Assembly (NCBI GenBank): GCA_049510745.1
Contig: JBEKYR010000012.1
Span: forward strand, 64,001-128,000
Length of the DNA: 64,000 bases
Source: Verrucomicrobiota bacterium
GTDB taxonomy: Bacteria; Verrucomicrobiota; Verrucomicrobiia; Limisphaerales; Palsa-1400
Direction: 5' to 3'
In this document: piece by piece, positions 26,910 to 38,462 of the stretch
Numbering within the stretch: the first letter of the stretch is position 1
Layout of the letters: every line of letters begins with the position of its first letter
Notes under the pieces: generated by a model
The model's input: the letters and a program-made list of their open reading frames with translations, nothing else
What the model was told of the DNA's origin: nothing
The model's database searches: none
Position numbers and translations under genes: made by a program

Positions 26910-27323
26910 TTAGTGGTGGCGGCGGCGGCGTTTGACGGTGATCTGGGCCAGGGAATTGGCCAGGGCGGCGTGGACGGTCGCGGCCTCTTCGTCATCGAGT
27001 TGGTCGGCCAGGCGGGCTTCGGCCCGGCGCCGGGCTTCCTCGGCTTTGGTTTCGTCAATTTGCTCGGCCGGGATGGCCATGTCGGTCAACACCGCCACGT
27101 GGTCGCCCGTGATTTCGACAAAGCCGTCGCCGACGGCGAGGTAGAATTCCTGCCCGTCCTTGCGCACGACGATTTCGCCGGCGACCAATTGAGTCATCAA
27201 GGGGACGTGGTTGGGATAAACGCCCATCTCGCCTTCCGCGCCCGGCAAGGTGACCATCTCGACTTGATCGGAGAAGGCCTGGGAGTCGGGCGTGACGATT
27301 TCAAGCTGGAGTGTGTTCGCCAT
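26910..27323 (-). CDS. atpC: ATP synthase F1 epsilon subunit
   Basis: LEIVTP, LPGAEGEMGVYPNH, GFVEI, C-terminal helical hairpin. Confidence 0.95.
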   Translation of the reverse strand: MANTLQLEIVTPDSQAFSDQVEMVTLPGAEGEMGVYPNHVPLMTQLVAGEIVVRKDGQEFYLAVGDGFVEITGDHVAVLTDMAIPAEQIDETKAEEARRRAEARLADQLDDEEAATVHAALANSLAQITVKRRRRHH

Positions 27324-28793
<1,470 letters not shown>

Positions 28794-28859
28794 TCAAGGG
28801 CGCATTGCGTAACTTTGCGCTTTGAATTTGGGCCGGTTGCCGCCATTTTGGCGGTTGAC

Positions 28860-29648
28860 ATGAAGAAACTATTTCGCACCGCTCTCCTGGCGCTGGCGGC
28901 GGCCGCGGTGACGGGTTGCGCGTCCAAGACCAGGGTGCCTTACCACGCGGGCGATGAGGCCCCGCCCGATTTTCTGGCGGGTCCGGTGGCGGTCTTGCTC
29001 ACGAACTTCGAGGGCTTTAGCGCCAGTCTGACCGCGTCGCTGCCCCGGCGCACCGGCGAGCAACGCTTCGTTTCCGGCGACCTGCTGGAACGGGAAGGGC
29101 GGCTGATCTTCCAGCCCTCGACCGCCGTCAAGGGCAAACGCAAGCGCAGCGAAGGGGGGATGTTTTTCATCTGGCACGAGGACAGGAACGCGGGTTTTGT
29201 CTTGAGCGATCCGTTGCAGGCCTACGCGCAGATCGCGTGCAGCGTCCAGGTGACCAACCTGGTCTGGAAAACCAGCGGCGCGGTCGCGGAGGCGGCGGGC
29301 GGGCATCCGTGCCGGCGGGTCGAGGCCGTGGTCGAGTCCAGCGACGGTTTGTCGGCGCGGTATCTGGTCTGGCAGGCGGAGGACGCCAAATGGTTTCCGG
29401 TGCGGATTGCGTCGGCGGACGGGGTGCGGGGGTTGACGCTGGATTTCACCAATATCCGGCTGGAACTGCCGCCGCCGGAACTATTCTATCCGCCGGACGG
29501 CTTTACCAAGTATGAATCTCCCACTGCCTTGATGAACGAACTGATCGTGCGCCAAAGCACGTACGTGAAGGGGTCGGGCGGGGAGAGGGAAGGAGAACCG
29601 GTGCCGGCGGTCGGTCCCGCAAACTGGCGTCCGGGCCAAGCCCGCTAG
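28860..29648 (+). CDS. Hypothetical lipoprotein (possible LolA-like beta fold)
   Basis: MKKLFRTALLALAAAAVTGC lipobox; GHPC...WQA...FPVRI...F.PPDGF pattern. Confidence 0.65.
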   Translation: MKKLFRTALLALAAAAVTGCASKTRVPYHAGDEAPPDFLAGPVAVLLTNFEGFSASLTASLPRRTGEQRFVSGDLLEREGRLIFQPSTAVKGKRKRSEGGMFFIWHEDRNAGFVLSDPLQAYAQIACSVQVTNLVWKTSGAVAEAAGGHPCRRVEAVVESSDGLSARYLVWQAEDAKWFPVRIASADGVRGLTLDFTNIRLELPPPELFYPPDGFTKYESPTALMNELIVRQSTYVKGSGGEREGEPVPAVGPANWRPGQAR

Positions 29649-29724
29649 TGATGCCGGGGGAGTAATTCAATGAATCAATTCCCGGCGTCCTGTGTCTAAG
29701 CAATACTGAAAAGCTGACTCAACT

Positions 29725-31062
29725 ATGCCAACCAACCAGCCGCCCACTGGGCCGCCTTTACCTCAAGCCAACCCCTCGTCCCGCCCAGCTCCGGAAACTT
29801 CCGCGGCGCCGAAGCCGCGCCGTGGCTTTGGGTTTGTCATCATCGTTGTGGCTGTGCTCTGCGTGGCCGGCCTGGTTTGGCTGGTCAAATACCGCCAGGC
29901 CGAAGCGGCAGCCAAAACGAGCGCCCGCGGGCGGGCCGATATGGCCATTCCCGTCACCGCCGGACGGGTGACGCGCAAGGATGTGCCCATTTACCTGGAT
30001 GGCCTGGGGACGGCCCAGGCGTATAACACCGTGACGGTCAAGACGCGTGTCGATGGCCAATTGGTGCGGGTGGCGTTTACGGAGGGGCAGGACGTGCATC
30101 CGGGGGACTTGCTGGCGCAGATCGATCCACGTCCGTTCAAGGCGGCGCTGGAACAGGCGCAAGCGAAGAAGAAACAAGATGAAGCGCAATTGGCCAACGC
30201 CAAAGTGGATTTGCAGCGCGATCAGGACCTGGTCAAAGACAAGATTGTGACCGAGCAGGCGCTGGCGACCCAACAGTCGCTGGTCGATCAATTGGAGGGA
30301 ACCGTCCAGGCCGACCAAGCCGGCATCGACAGCGCCCAGGTGCAACTGGATTACACGACCATCAGCTCGCCGCTGGAGGGCCGGTGCGGCGTGCGCCTGG
30401 TTGATCAGGGCAACATCGTTCATGCCACCGACACCAACGGCTTGGTGGTCATCACCCAATTGCGTCCCATTTTTGTCGTGTTCACCCTGCCGGAGCAAGA
30501 TGTTGGCATCATCTCCCGCCAAATGGCCCAAGGCCCGGTCACTGTTCTGGCCCTGGATCACGACAACAAAACGGTCCTGGACACGGGAACGGTGGCGGTG
30601 ATGGACAACCAGATTGACACCACGACGGGCACGATCAAACTCAAGGCGGCGTTTCCCAACCAGGACCTGCGCCTTTGCCCCGGCCAATTCGTCAATCCGC
30701 GCGTCCTGGTCGAAAAGACCAACGGATTGGTCGTGCCCGAAAACGTCATTCAGCGCGGTCCCGAGGGCGAGTACGTCTTCACCATCGTCGGGCAGGGAAG
30801 CAATCTGACAGTGAAATTGACGCCGGTGACAGTGGGACGGATGCAAGACGACTGGGCGTTGGTCGCAAAAGGACTGACCAACGGGCAGGAAGTGGTGGTG
30901 GACGGGCAATACCGATTGGAAGACGGATCGAAAGTCAATGTCCAGGATGCCGAGCATCCTGCCGGTTCGGCGGGCGATCTGGGGCACGGCACCCGGCGCG
31001 GGAGCGGCGGCGGAACCAACCACCCGCCGGCCAATCACCCGCCCAAAGAATCCGGCGCGTGA
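29725..31062 (+). CDS. mdtA: RND efflux periplasmic adaptor, MdtA-like
   Basis: N-terminal TM, V.TRVDGQL, LAQIDPRPF, ISSPLEGRCG.RLVD.GN, DNQIDTTTGTIKLKA. Confidence 0.88.
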   Translation: MPTNQPPTGPPLPQANPSSRPAPETSAAPKPRRGFGFVIIVVAVLCVAGLVWLVKYRQAEAAAKTSARGRADMAIPVTAGRVTRKDVPIYLDGLGTAQAYNTVTVKTRVDGQLVRVAFTEGQDVHPGDLLAQIDPRPFKAALEQAQAKKKQDEAQLANAKVDLQRDQDLVKDKIVTEQALATQQSLVDQLEGTVQADQAGIDSAQVQLDYTTISSPLEGRCGVRLVDQGNIVHATDTNGLVVITQLRPIFVVFTLPEQDVGIISRQMAQGPVTVLALDHDNKTVLDTGTVAVMDNQIDTTTGTIKLKAAFPNQDLRLCPGQFVNPRVLVEKTNGLVVPENVIQRGPEGEYVFTIVGQGSNLTVKLTPVTVGRMQDDWALVAKGLTNGQEVVVDGQYRLEDGSKVNVQDAEHPAGSAGDLGHGTRRGSGGGTNHPPANHPPKESGA

Positions 31063-34000
31063 GCATTTCCGAGCCATTCATCCGCCGACCGATCGCCACG
31101 TCGCTGCTCATGGCGGGGGTGCTTCTGATGGGATTCCTGGGCTATGAACTGTTGCCGATCTCGGCCCTGCCCCCGGTTGATTTCCCCACCATCCAGATCG
31201 TGGCGCAATATCCCGGCGCCAGCCCGGACGTCATGGCCTCGTCGGTCACCACGCCGTTGGAGCGGCAATTCGGCCAGATCAGCGGGCTTTCGCAGATGAC
31301 TTCCATCAGTTCGTTCGGCACGACGACCATCACCCTCCAGTTCACGCTGGATCGGAACATAGATTCCGCCGCCCAAGACGTGCAGGCGGCCATCAACGCG
31401 GCCAGCGGCGTGCTGCCCACCGGCATGCCCAACCCGCCGATCTTTAACAAAGTCAACCCCGCCGACACCCCAATCCTGACCCTCCAACTGACGTCCAAGG
31501 AACTCCCGCTGGCCAAAGTCAACGACCTGGCCGACACGGTTCTGGCCCAAAAATTGAGCGAAGTCACCGGCGTGGGGCTGGTCACCATCGAGGGCAATCA
31601 GAAACCGGCCGTTCGAGTGCGGATCAATCCGGCGGTCCTCGCCACTCTGGGACTGGGGATGGAAGACGTGCGCAGCGCCCTGATGTTGAACAACATCAAT
31701 CTGCCCAAAGGCAGTTTCGACGGCCGCCAGCAGGCCTATGCCATCGGCGCCAACGACCAGCTTTTCTCCGCCGCCGATTTCGGCAACGTCATCGTCAAAG
31801 TGGTCAACGGAGCGCCGATCCGCCTCAAGGACATCGGCGAGGTGGTGGACGACGTGGAGAACGTGCATCTCGCGGGATGGGTCAACAATAAGTCTGCCGT
31901 GATCGTGGACATCCAGCGCCAGCCCGGGGCCAACATCATCCAGACGGCCGACCGGGTCAAGGCCTTGCTGCCCCGGCTGCGCACGAGCATCCCGCCCTCC
32001 ATCAACATCAAGGTCTTCAGCGATCGCACCGAGATGATCCGCGCGTCGATTCACGACGTTCAGTTTACGCTCCTCCTCACGATCGGGCTGGTGGTCATGG
32101 TCATCTTCCTGTTTCTACGCACCCTCTGGGCGACGGTGATTACGAGCGTGGCGCTGCCTCTGGCCATCGTCGGCACCTTCGGCCTGATGTACCTGATGGG
32201 ATTCAGCCTGGACAATCTTTCGCTCATGGCGCTGACCATCTCGACCGGCTTCGTGGTGGACGATGCGATAGTCATGATCGAAAACATCGTCCGCTTCATC
32301 GAAGGGGGAGAGCCGCCCATGATCGCCGCGCTCAAAGGAGCCAAGCAGATCGGTTTCACCGTCGTCTCCCTGAGCCTTTCGCTCATCGGCGTCTTCATTC
32401 CATTGATATTCATGTCGGGCATTGTCGGGCGTCTGTTTCGTGAATTCGCCATCACGATGAGCGCGGCCGTGGTGGTCTCAATGATAGTCTCGCTGACGCT
32501 CACGCCGATGATGTGTTCGCGGCTCCTGCGCCCGGAAAATGAAAGCCATCATGGAGGCCTGTGGCATTGGTCGGAGAGATTTTTCCGGGGATTTCTCGCG
32601 CTCTACGAACGGGGCCTGAAGTGGGTTCTGGCCCACCAACCACTCACCCTCATGGTCGCCGTGGCCACTCTTATCGGCACGATCTGGCTGTATGTCATGA
32701 TCCCCAAGGGGCTTCTGCCCTTGCAGGACACGGGCATGATCATCGGCGTGACCGATGCCGCCCAGTCGATTTCGTTTCGGGCCATGGTCGAACGGCAGCG
32801 GCGGGTGGCGGAAGTAGCGGCGCAAGACCGGGACGTTGCCAGCGTGGCGTCGTTTGTCGGCGCCGGAACGGTCAATCCAACCGCCAACTCCGGGCGCCTT
32901 TACATCAGCCTTAAACCCCGCGATCAACGCAAATCCGGTGTGGCCGAGGTGATAGACCGGTTGCGCGAAGCGACGCGCTCGCTCCAGGGGATTTCCCTCT
33001 TCATGCAGGCCGTGCAGGATGTCCAGATAGACAGCCGTGTCAGCCGCACGCAATACCAATACACGCTGCAGGACGCCGACGAGCAGGAACTGGGCGAATG
33101 GGCGCCGCGCCTCGTGGCCGCCTTGTCCGCCAGGCCGGAGTTGGCCGACGTGGCCAGCGATCAACAGTCCAGGGGCTTTGGACTCAACGTGGAAGTAGAT
33201 CGCGACAAAGCCTCCCAGTTGAACATCATGCCCCAGGCGATTGACGACGTGCTCTACGACGCCTTCGGCCAGCGGCAGGTCACGATCATTTTCACCCAAC
33301 TCAACCAGTACCGGGTCATCCTGGAAGCCGAACCGCATTTCCAACTCAACCCCGCCGCGCTGGATAAAATCTACGTCAAGTCCACCACCGGGCAGATGGT
33401 GCCGTTGGGCGCGTTTGCCTCGGTCACCACCCAGACGGTCCCGCTGGTCATATTGCACGAAGGCCAGTTCCCGGCCGTGACCCTCTCCTTCAACCTGGGA
33501 GCGGACAGTTCGCTTGACGCGGCCGTCAAGGCCATCGCCGCGGCTGAAAAGGACATTAAATTGCCCGAAACCATAGCTACGAGTTTTTCCGGCAGCGCCG
33601 CGGAATTCCGCTCTTCCCTGAAAACCGAACCGCTTCTTATCCTGGCGGCCGTCATTGTCATCTACATCATTCTCGGCGTCCTCTACGAGAGCTACATTCA
33701 TCCGATCACCATTCTTTCGAGCCTGCCTTCCGCCGGAGTGGGCGCGTTGCTCGCCTTGATGCTCTTCCACATCGAACTGTCCCTGGTTTCCCTCATCGGC
33801 ATCATCCTGCTCATCGGCATCGTCCAGAAAAACGCCATTATGATGATTGACTTCGCCCTGGACGCCGAGCGGGAGGAGCATTTGCCGCCCGAACAATCCA
33901 TTTACAAGGCCTGCAAGCTGCGCTTCCGTCCGATTATGATGACGACTATGGCCGCCCTCTTGGGCGCCCTGCCCCTGGCCCTGCAAAACGGCAACGGCTC

Positions 34001-34202
34001 CGAGCTGCGCCGTCCCCTGGGCGTGGCCATCGTCGGCGGCCTGCTGGTCTCCCAATGCCTGACACTTTACACGACGCCGGTGATCTACCTTTACATGGGA
34101 AGACTCAGCCATTGGGCCAAACGCTGGCGCGCAGCCGCCGGACTGGAAGAAGTTGAACCGGTGCGAGGCGCAGGGAAAGAGGCGCCGGCCTCCGTGGCAT
34201 GA
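31059..34202 (+). CDS. mdtB: RND efflux permease, MdtB-like
   Basis: GTG start overlaps the mdtA stop; FIRRPIATSLL, PLERQFGQI, GFVVDDAIV, RFRPIMMTT. Confidence 0.88.
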   Translation: MSISEPFIRRPIATSLLMAGVLLMGFLGYELLPISALPPVDFPTIQIVAQYPGASPDVMASSVTTPLERQFGQISGLSQMTSISSFGTTTITLQFTLDRNIDSAAQDVQAAINAASGVLPTGMPNPPIFNKVNPADTPILTLQLTSKELPLAKVNDLADTVLAQKLSEVTGVGLVTIEGNQKPAVRVRINPAVLATLGLGMEDVRSALMLNNINLPKGSFDGRQQAYAIGANDQLFSAADFGNVIVKVVNGAPIRLKDIGEVVDDVENVHLAGWVNNKSAVIVDIQRQPGANIIQTADRVKALLPRLRTSIPPSINIKVFSDRTEMIRASIHDVQFTLLLTIGLVVMVIFLFLRTLWATVITSVALPLAIVGTFGLMYLMGFSLDNLSLMALTISTGFVVDDAIVMIENIVRFIEGGEPPMIAALKGAKQIGFTVVSLSLSLIGVFIPLIFMSGIVGRLFREFAITMSAAVVVSMIVSLTLTPMMCSRLLRPENESHHGGLWHWSERFFRGFLALYERGLKWVLAHQPLTLMVAVATLIGTIWLYVMIPKGLLPLQDTGMIIGVTDAAQSISFRAMVERQRRVAEVAAQDRDVASVASFVGAGTVNPTANSGRLYISLKPRDQRKSGVAEVIDRLREATRSLQGISLFMQAVQDVQIDSRVSRTQYQYTLQDADEQELGEWAPRLVAALSARPELADVASDQQSRGFGLNVEVDRDKASQLNIMPQAIDDVLYDAFGQRQVTIIFTQLNQYRVILEAEPHFQLNPAALDKIYVKSTTGQMVPLGAFASVTTQTVPLVILHEGQFPAVTLSFNLGADSSLDAAVKAIAAAEKDIKLPETIATSFSGSAAEFRSSLKTEPLLILAAVIVIYIILGVLYESYIHPITILSSLPSAGVGALLALMLFHIELSLVSLIGIILLIGIVQKNAIMMIDFALDAEREEHLPPEQSIYKACKLRFRPIMMTTMAALLGALPLALQNGNGSELRRPLGVAIVGGLLVSQCLTLYTTPVIYLYMGRLSHWAKRWRAAAGLEEVEPVRGAGKEAPASVA

Positions 34203-37200
34203 GCATTTCCGAGCCATTCATCCGCCGGCCCATCGGCACGTCGCTGCTGGCCATGGGGCTGTTTCTCACGGGCATGACGGCCTATCGCTCGCTCCCCGTG
34301 GCATCCGTGCCCCGGGTGGATTATCCCATGGTCTCGGTCGGGGCGTCGTTGCCCGGAGCGGACCCGTCCACGGTGGCCTCGTCGCTGGCCGCGCCGCTGG
34401 AACGGCGCCTGGGACAAATCGCGGGGGTCAATGAAATGACCTCCGTCAGCACGCTGGGGGGGTGCAACATCAGCATTCAATTTGATTTGAACCGGCCGGT
34501 GGACGGTGCGGCGCGCGATGTGCAGGCGGCCATCAACGCCGCCGCCAGTGAACTGCCCCTGAACCTCCCCGGGCCGCCCACCTACCGCAAGGTCAATCCG
34601 GCCGACGCCCCCATTCTCATCATGGGCATGGTTTCCGACAACCTCCCGCCGACGGAGGTTTTTGAGGTGGCGGATGAAATCGTCGGCCAGCGCCTCAGCC
34701 AGGTGGAAGGGGTCAGCCAGGTCCTGGTCACCGGGGCGGAGAAATCAGCCGTGCGGGTCCAGATCAACCCGGCCCGGCTTGCCACCACCGGGCTGAGCCT
34801 GGAGGATGTGCGCGGGTTGATCGGCAAGGTCAATGTGGATTCGCCCAAGGGGAGCATTGAAGACAGAAATATGTTTTACGCCTTGACGAGCAACGACAAG
34901 AATTTTGAGGCCAAAGATTATCACTCCCTCATCCTCACCCAATCCAACGGCGTGCCCATCCGGCTGAGCAGCCTGGGCAACATTGTGGACGGGGTGGAGA
35001 ACGCCCTCATCGCCGGATGGGTCGGCACCAAGCCGGCCGTCATCCTGCTGGTTTTCAAGCAGCCCGATGCCAATGTGATCGAAACGGTGGACCGGATCCG
35101 GGCCGTCTTGCCGCAAGTGAAACGTTGGATTCCGCCGGCGGTGAAAATCCTCATCACGTCCGACCGCACGGTGACGATCCACACGTCGGTCAACGATGTT
35201 CAAGTCTCCCTCACCCTGAGCGTGATCCTGGTGGTGCTGGTGATATTTCTTTTCTTGCGGCGCTTCTGGCCGACGTTCATCGCCAGCATCAGCATTCCGC
35301 TGGCCCTTTCCGGCACGTTCGCCTTCATGTACCTGCTGCATTACAGCCTGGATAACCTCTCGCTCATGGCCATCACCATCTCGGTCGGTTTTGTGGTGGA
35401 CGACGCCATCGTCGTGATCGAGAACATATACCGGCACATAGAGCACGGAGAAAAGCCGATGGCGGCGGCGCTGGAAGGGGCGCGGCAGATTGGTTTCACG
35501 GTCGTTTCCATGAGCACGTCGCTGGTGGCGGTCTTCATTCCGCTGCTTTTCATGGGCGGGTTGATTGGCCGGCTGTTCCATGAATTTGCGGTGACGCTAA
35601 GCCTGGCCATCCTGGTATCAGGGGTCATCTCGCTGACGTTGACGCCGATGCTCTGCTCGCGCTTCTTGAAATCGCAGGCTTCTTATGGAAAGCCCGGTCC
35701 CTTTTACCGGGCCAGTGAATGGGTTTTTAAACGGCTGTTGGCCGTTTACGAACAGGGCCTGCGCTGGGTGCTGCGCCATCAGCCGTTGATGCTGGCCATC
35801 ACCTTCATCACGCTGGGCTTCACCGTCTTTGTGTATGCCGAGATTCCCAAGGGGTTCTTTCCGCAACAAGACACCGGCTCGATCAGCGGGACGACCGACG
35901 CCGCCCAGGATATTTCCTTCAGCGCCATGTCGCGCCTGCAGGACCAGATGGCGCGAATCGTCCTGGCGGACCCCGCCGTGGAGACGCTCGGCTCGTTCAT
36001 CGGGGCCTCCTCCGGCAGCACGACTGTCAACAATGGCCGGATGTTCATCACCCTGAAACCGCGCAGCCAGCGGCCCGGAAAAGTGTCCGCCGATCAGATC
36101 ATCGCCCGCCTGCGCCGAAAGACCTCCGGCATCCCGAAGGTGACGTTGATTCTGCAAGCCGTCCAGGACATCCGGGTGGGGGGACGGATGAGCAAAGGCC
36201 AATACCAGTATTCGCTGCAATCCTCCAGCCTGGACGACCTGAACCGCTGGACGCCCCTGCTCATGAGCAAGCTGAAAAAGATTCCCCAACTCAAGGATGT
36301 CAGCAGCGACCAGCAAACCCGCGGCCTGCAAGCCAGCGTGGTGGTGGACCGCGACGCGGCGGCGCGCCTGGGGATTTCGCCCCAGGTGATTGATGACACC
36401 CTTTACGACGCCTTTGGCCAGCGGCAGGTTTCGACCGTGTATAAACGATACAACCAGCATCACGTCGTTCTTGAAGTCGATCCGTCCTACCTTAAAAGCC
36501 CGGATTCCCTGCAAAAAATCTTCGTCAAATCCACCCGGGGAAAGTTGGTTCCGCTGGCCGCCCTGGCGAGATTTCAGGACACCAACACCTACCTCTCCGT
36601 CAACCACCAGGGCCAGTTTCCCGCCGTGACCATCTCGTTCAACCTGGACCCCGGCACTTCCTTGGGCCAGGCGACCGATTTGATCCAGCAAGCCGCGCGC
36701 GAGTTGAACCTGCCCGCAACCGTGCAAGGCAGCTTCCAGGGAACGGCCCAGATGTTCCAGGCCTCGCTCAGTTCCCTTCCCCTGCTCCTGGCCGCCGCGC
36801 TCCTGGCGGTATATATCGTTCTGGGCATGCTCTATGAAAGCCTCATCCATCCGCTGACCATCCTGTCCAGCCTCCCCTCCGCCGGGCTGGGCGCCCTGCT
36901 GGCGCTCATGCTCTTCGGCATGGACCTGTCGCTGGTCTCGTTCATCGGCATCATTCTCCTCATGGGAATAGTCAAGAAGAACGCCATCATGATGGTGGAT
37001 TTCGCCCTGGTCGCCGAACGCGAGGAGAAACTCCGCCCCGAGGAGGCCATTTACAAGGCCTGCGTCATCCGTTTCCGGCCGATCATGATGACCACGATGG
37101 CCGCCTTTTGCGGCTCGATCCCGCTGGCCCTCGGCCTGGGCACCGGCTCCGAACTGCGCCGGCCCCTGGGCGTTTCCGTCGTGGGCGGCCTGCTCATTTC

Positions 37201-37339
37201 CCAGGTGCTGACCCTCTACACCACCCCGGTTGTCTATCTGGCTTTCGAACACGCCCGCGACAGAGTCCGCTCCTGGCGACGGCGCGGCAAAGCGCCCGCC
37301 CCGCTGACCCAACCCGCCCCTCCCGCGCTCCCCGCCTGA
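34199..37339 (+). CDS. mdtC: RND efflux permease, MdtC-like
   Basis: Second tandem RND permease: PLERRLGQIAGVNEMTS, GFVVDDAIV, GIVKKNAIMMVDFA. Confidence 0.88.
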   Translation: MSISEPFIRRPIGTSLLAMGLFLTGMTAYRSLPVASVPRVDYPMVSVGASLPGADPSTVASSLAAPLERRLGQIAGVNEMTSVSTLGGCNISIQFDLNRPVDGAARDVQAAINAAASELPLNLPGPPTYRKVNPADAPILIMGMVSDNLPPTEVFEVADEIVGQRLSQVEGVSQVLVTGAEKSAVRVQINPARLATTGLSLEDVRGLIGKVNVDSPKGSIEDRNMFYALTSNDKNFEAKDYHSLILTQSNGVPIRLSSLGNIVDGVENALIAGWVGTKPAVILLVFKQPDANVIETVDRIRAVLPQVKRWIPPAVKILITSDRTVTIHTSVNDVQVSLTLSVILVVLVIFLFLRRFWPTFIASISIPLALSGTFAFMYLLHYSLDNLSLMAITISVGFVVDDAIVVIENIYRHIEHGEKPMAAALEGARQIGFTVVSMSTSLVAVFIPLLFMGGLIGRLFHEFAVTLSLAILVSGVISLTLTPMLCSRFLKSQASYGKPGPFYRASEWVFKRLLAVYEQGLRWVLRHQPLMLAITFITLGFTVFVYAEIPKGFFPQQDTGSISGTTDAAQDISFSAMSRLQDQMARIVLADPAVETLGSFIGASSGSTTVNNGRMFITLKPRSQRPGKVSADQIIARLRRKTSGIPKVTLILQAVQDIRVGGRMSKGQYQYSLQSSSLDDLNRWTPLLMSKLKKIPQLKDVSSDQQTRGLQASVVVDRDAAARLGISPQVIDDTLYDAFGQRQVSTVYKRYNQHHVVLEVDPSYLKSPDSLQKIFVKSTRGKLVPLAALARFQDTNTYLSVNHQGQFPAVTISFNLDPGTSLGQATDLIQQAARELNLPATVQGSFQGTAQMFQASLSSLPLLLAAALLAVYIVLGMLYESLIHPLTILSSLPSAGLGALLALMLFGMDLSLVSFIGIILLMGIVKKNAIMMVDFALVAEREEKLRPEEAIYKACVIRFRPIMMTTMAAFCGSIPLALGLGTGSELRRPLGVSVVGGLLISQVLTLYTTPVVYLAFEHARDRVRSWRRRGKAPAPLTQPAPPALPA

Positions 37340-37360
37340 CCTCCGAATGGAAGGAAGCAG

Positions 37361-37729
37361 ATGGCTGTAAACAATAAAACGCCCGGGCCGGACCGCTCAC
37401 GCCGGGGCGGGGCGCGACTCAGGATCATTGGCGTCCTTGTCCTGCTGCTGGGCCTTGGCGGCGCGGGCGTGGTCTATTGGACGGGCGCTCCTCCGGAGGA
37501 TTTGTCCGACGACCCGTCCACGGCGAGGGCTTACAAGAGAGAGGCGCGGGAGGTTGAAATCAATTTCGGCAAAATGGGCCTGTTGATGAACGGTTTATGG
37601 GAGGACTTAAAACACCCGGGCACCCAGGCCGCCATGATCGCGGCGGCGTCGATCCTTGCGGCCTCCGGTTGTTTTTACTTTGCCCGATTGCAGGGCCGCG
37701 GGGATGAATCGGACGGCCCGGCCGTTTGA
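37361..37729 (+). CDS. Hypothetical membrane protein (two TM segments)
   Basis: 122-aa ORF after mdtC with two hydrophobic stretches. Confidence 0.6.
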   Translation: MAVNNKTPGPDRSRRGGARLRIIGVLVLLLGLGGAGVVYWTGAPPEDLSDDPSTARAYKREAREVEINFGKMGLLMNGLWEDLKHPGTQAAMIAAASILAASGCFYFARLQGRGDESDGPAV

Positions 37730-37794
37730 ACTGCCCCACGGCTGCTGCTGTTTGGTTTCTCCAGGCTGCGGCCATGATCGAGCCGAACCGGAGT

Positions 37795-37971
37795 TCATTT
37801 CACCGCCGCGAGGTGATCTTCGCGCCTATAAAGTTTGACGCCTGGACGACGTGCCATCTTGCGATAGTATTCGCCCGCCTTCTTCGGGTCGTAGTTGAAT
37901 TGTTTTGCCATCTTGCGGCGGATTTCCCGGAGCCATTCCAAACCGTCATCATGTTTCGTTTTCATCGTCAT
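37795..37971 (-). CDS. Small putative antitoxin partner of the PIN protein
   Basis: MTMKTKHDDGLEWLREIRRKMAKQFNYD; overlaps the 3' end of the PIN gene. Confidence 0.6.
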   Translation of the reverse strand: MTMKTKHDDGLEWLREIRRKMAKQFNYDPKKAGEYYRKMARRPGVKLYRREDHLAAVK

Positions 37972-38437
37972 TTTCCAGGAGTTGGAGCGGCGTGGCCAGC
38001 GCGGGGGTCTCCAGGCCAAGCCATGCGTTCACGCGCCGGATTTGCGGCAGTTTGTTCGTGTTTGCGATGTGCTTGCAGTTCCACGTGACCAATATATCAC
38101 AGTGATGGAAGGAGGCGAGGGCCAAATGATGGGCGTCGCCCAGCGCCTCGGCAGGCATGAGCTTGTGCGCCAGGTACACCGCGACGATTTCGTCGATCTC
38201 CGGGTCTGGCGGCAGAACTTCCAAATCCTGGATTAAGTCCAGAGCCGCTTGGCGCTTCGGGGGCGGCGATTGGGCAAGTTCGGCAAGAACTGGAAAGCCG
38301 GTGACAAGAACCGTTTCAGGCTTGGGCAGACTCCACCAGAGGCGAGTCCACTTGCGCCGGGCCTGCATTTCGACATTTGACCGGGTGTCAAAATAAAAAC
38401 TCGGAACGCTGGTTTCGACGTAAATGAGAACGTCCAT
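37949..38437 (-). CDS. PIN-domain (VapC-like) protein
   Basis: IYVETSVPS...VLAEL...DAHHLALA...DILVTWNCKHIAN...TPLQL. Confidence 0.85.
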   Translation of the reverse strand: MDVLIYVETSVPSFYFDTRSNVEMQARRKWTRLWWSLPKPETVLVTGFPVLAELAQSPPPKRQAALDLIQDLEVLPPDPEIDEIVAVYLAHKLMPAEALGDAHHLALASFHHCDILVTWNCKHIANTNKLPQIRRVNAWLGLETPALATPLQLLENDDENET

Positions 38438-38462
38438 CACCGGACTTATACCCTCACCGCCG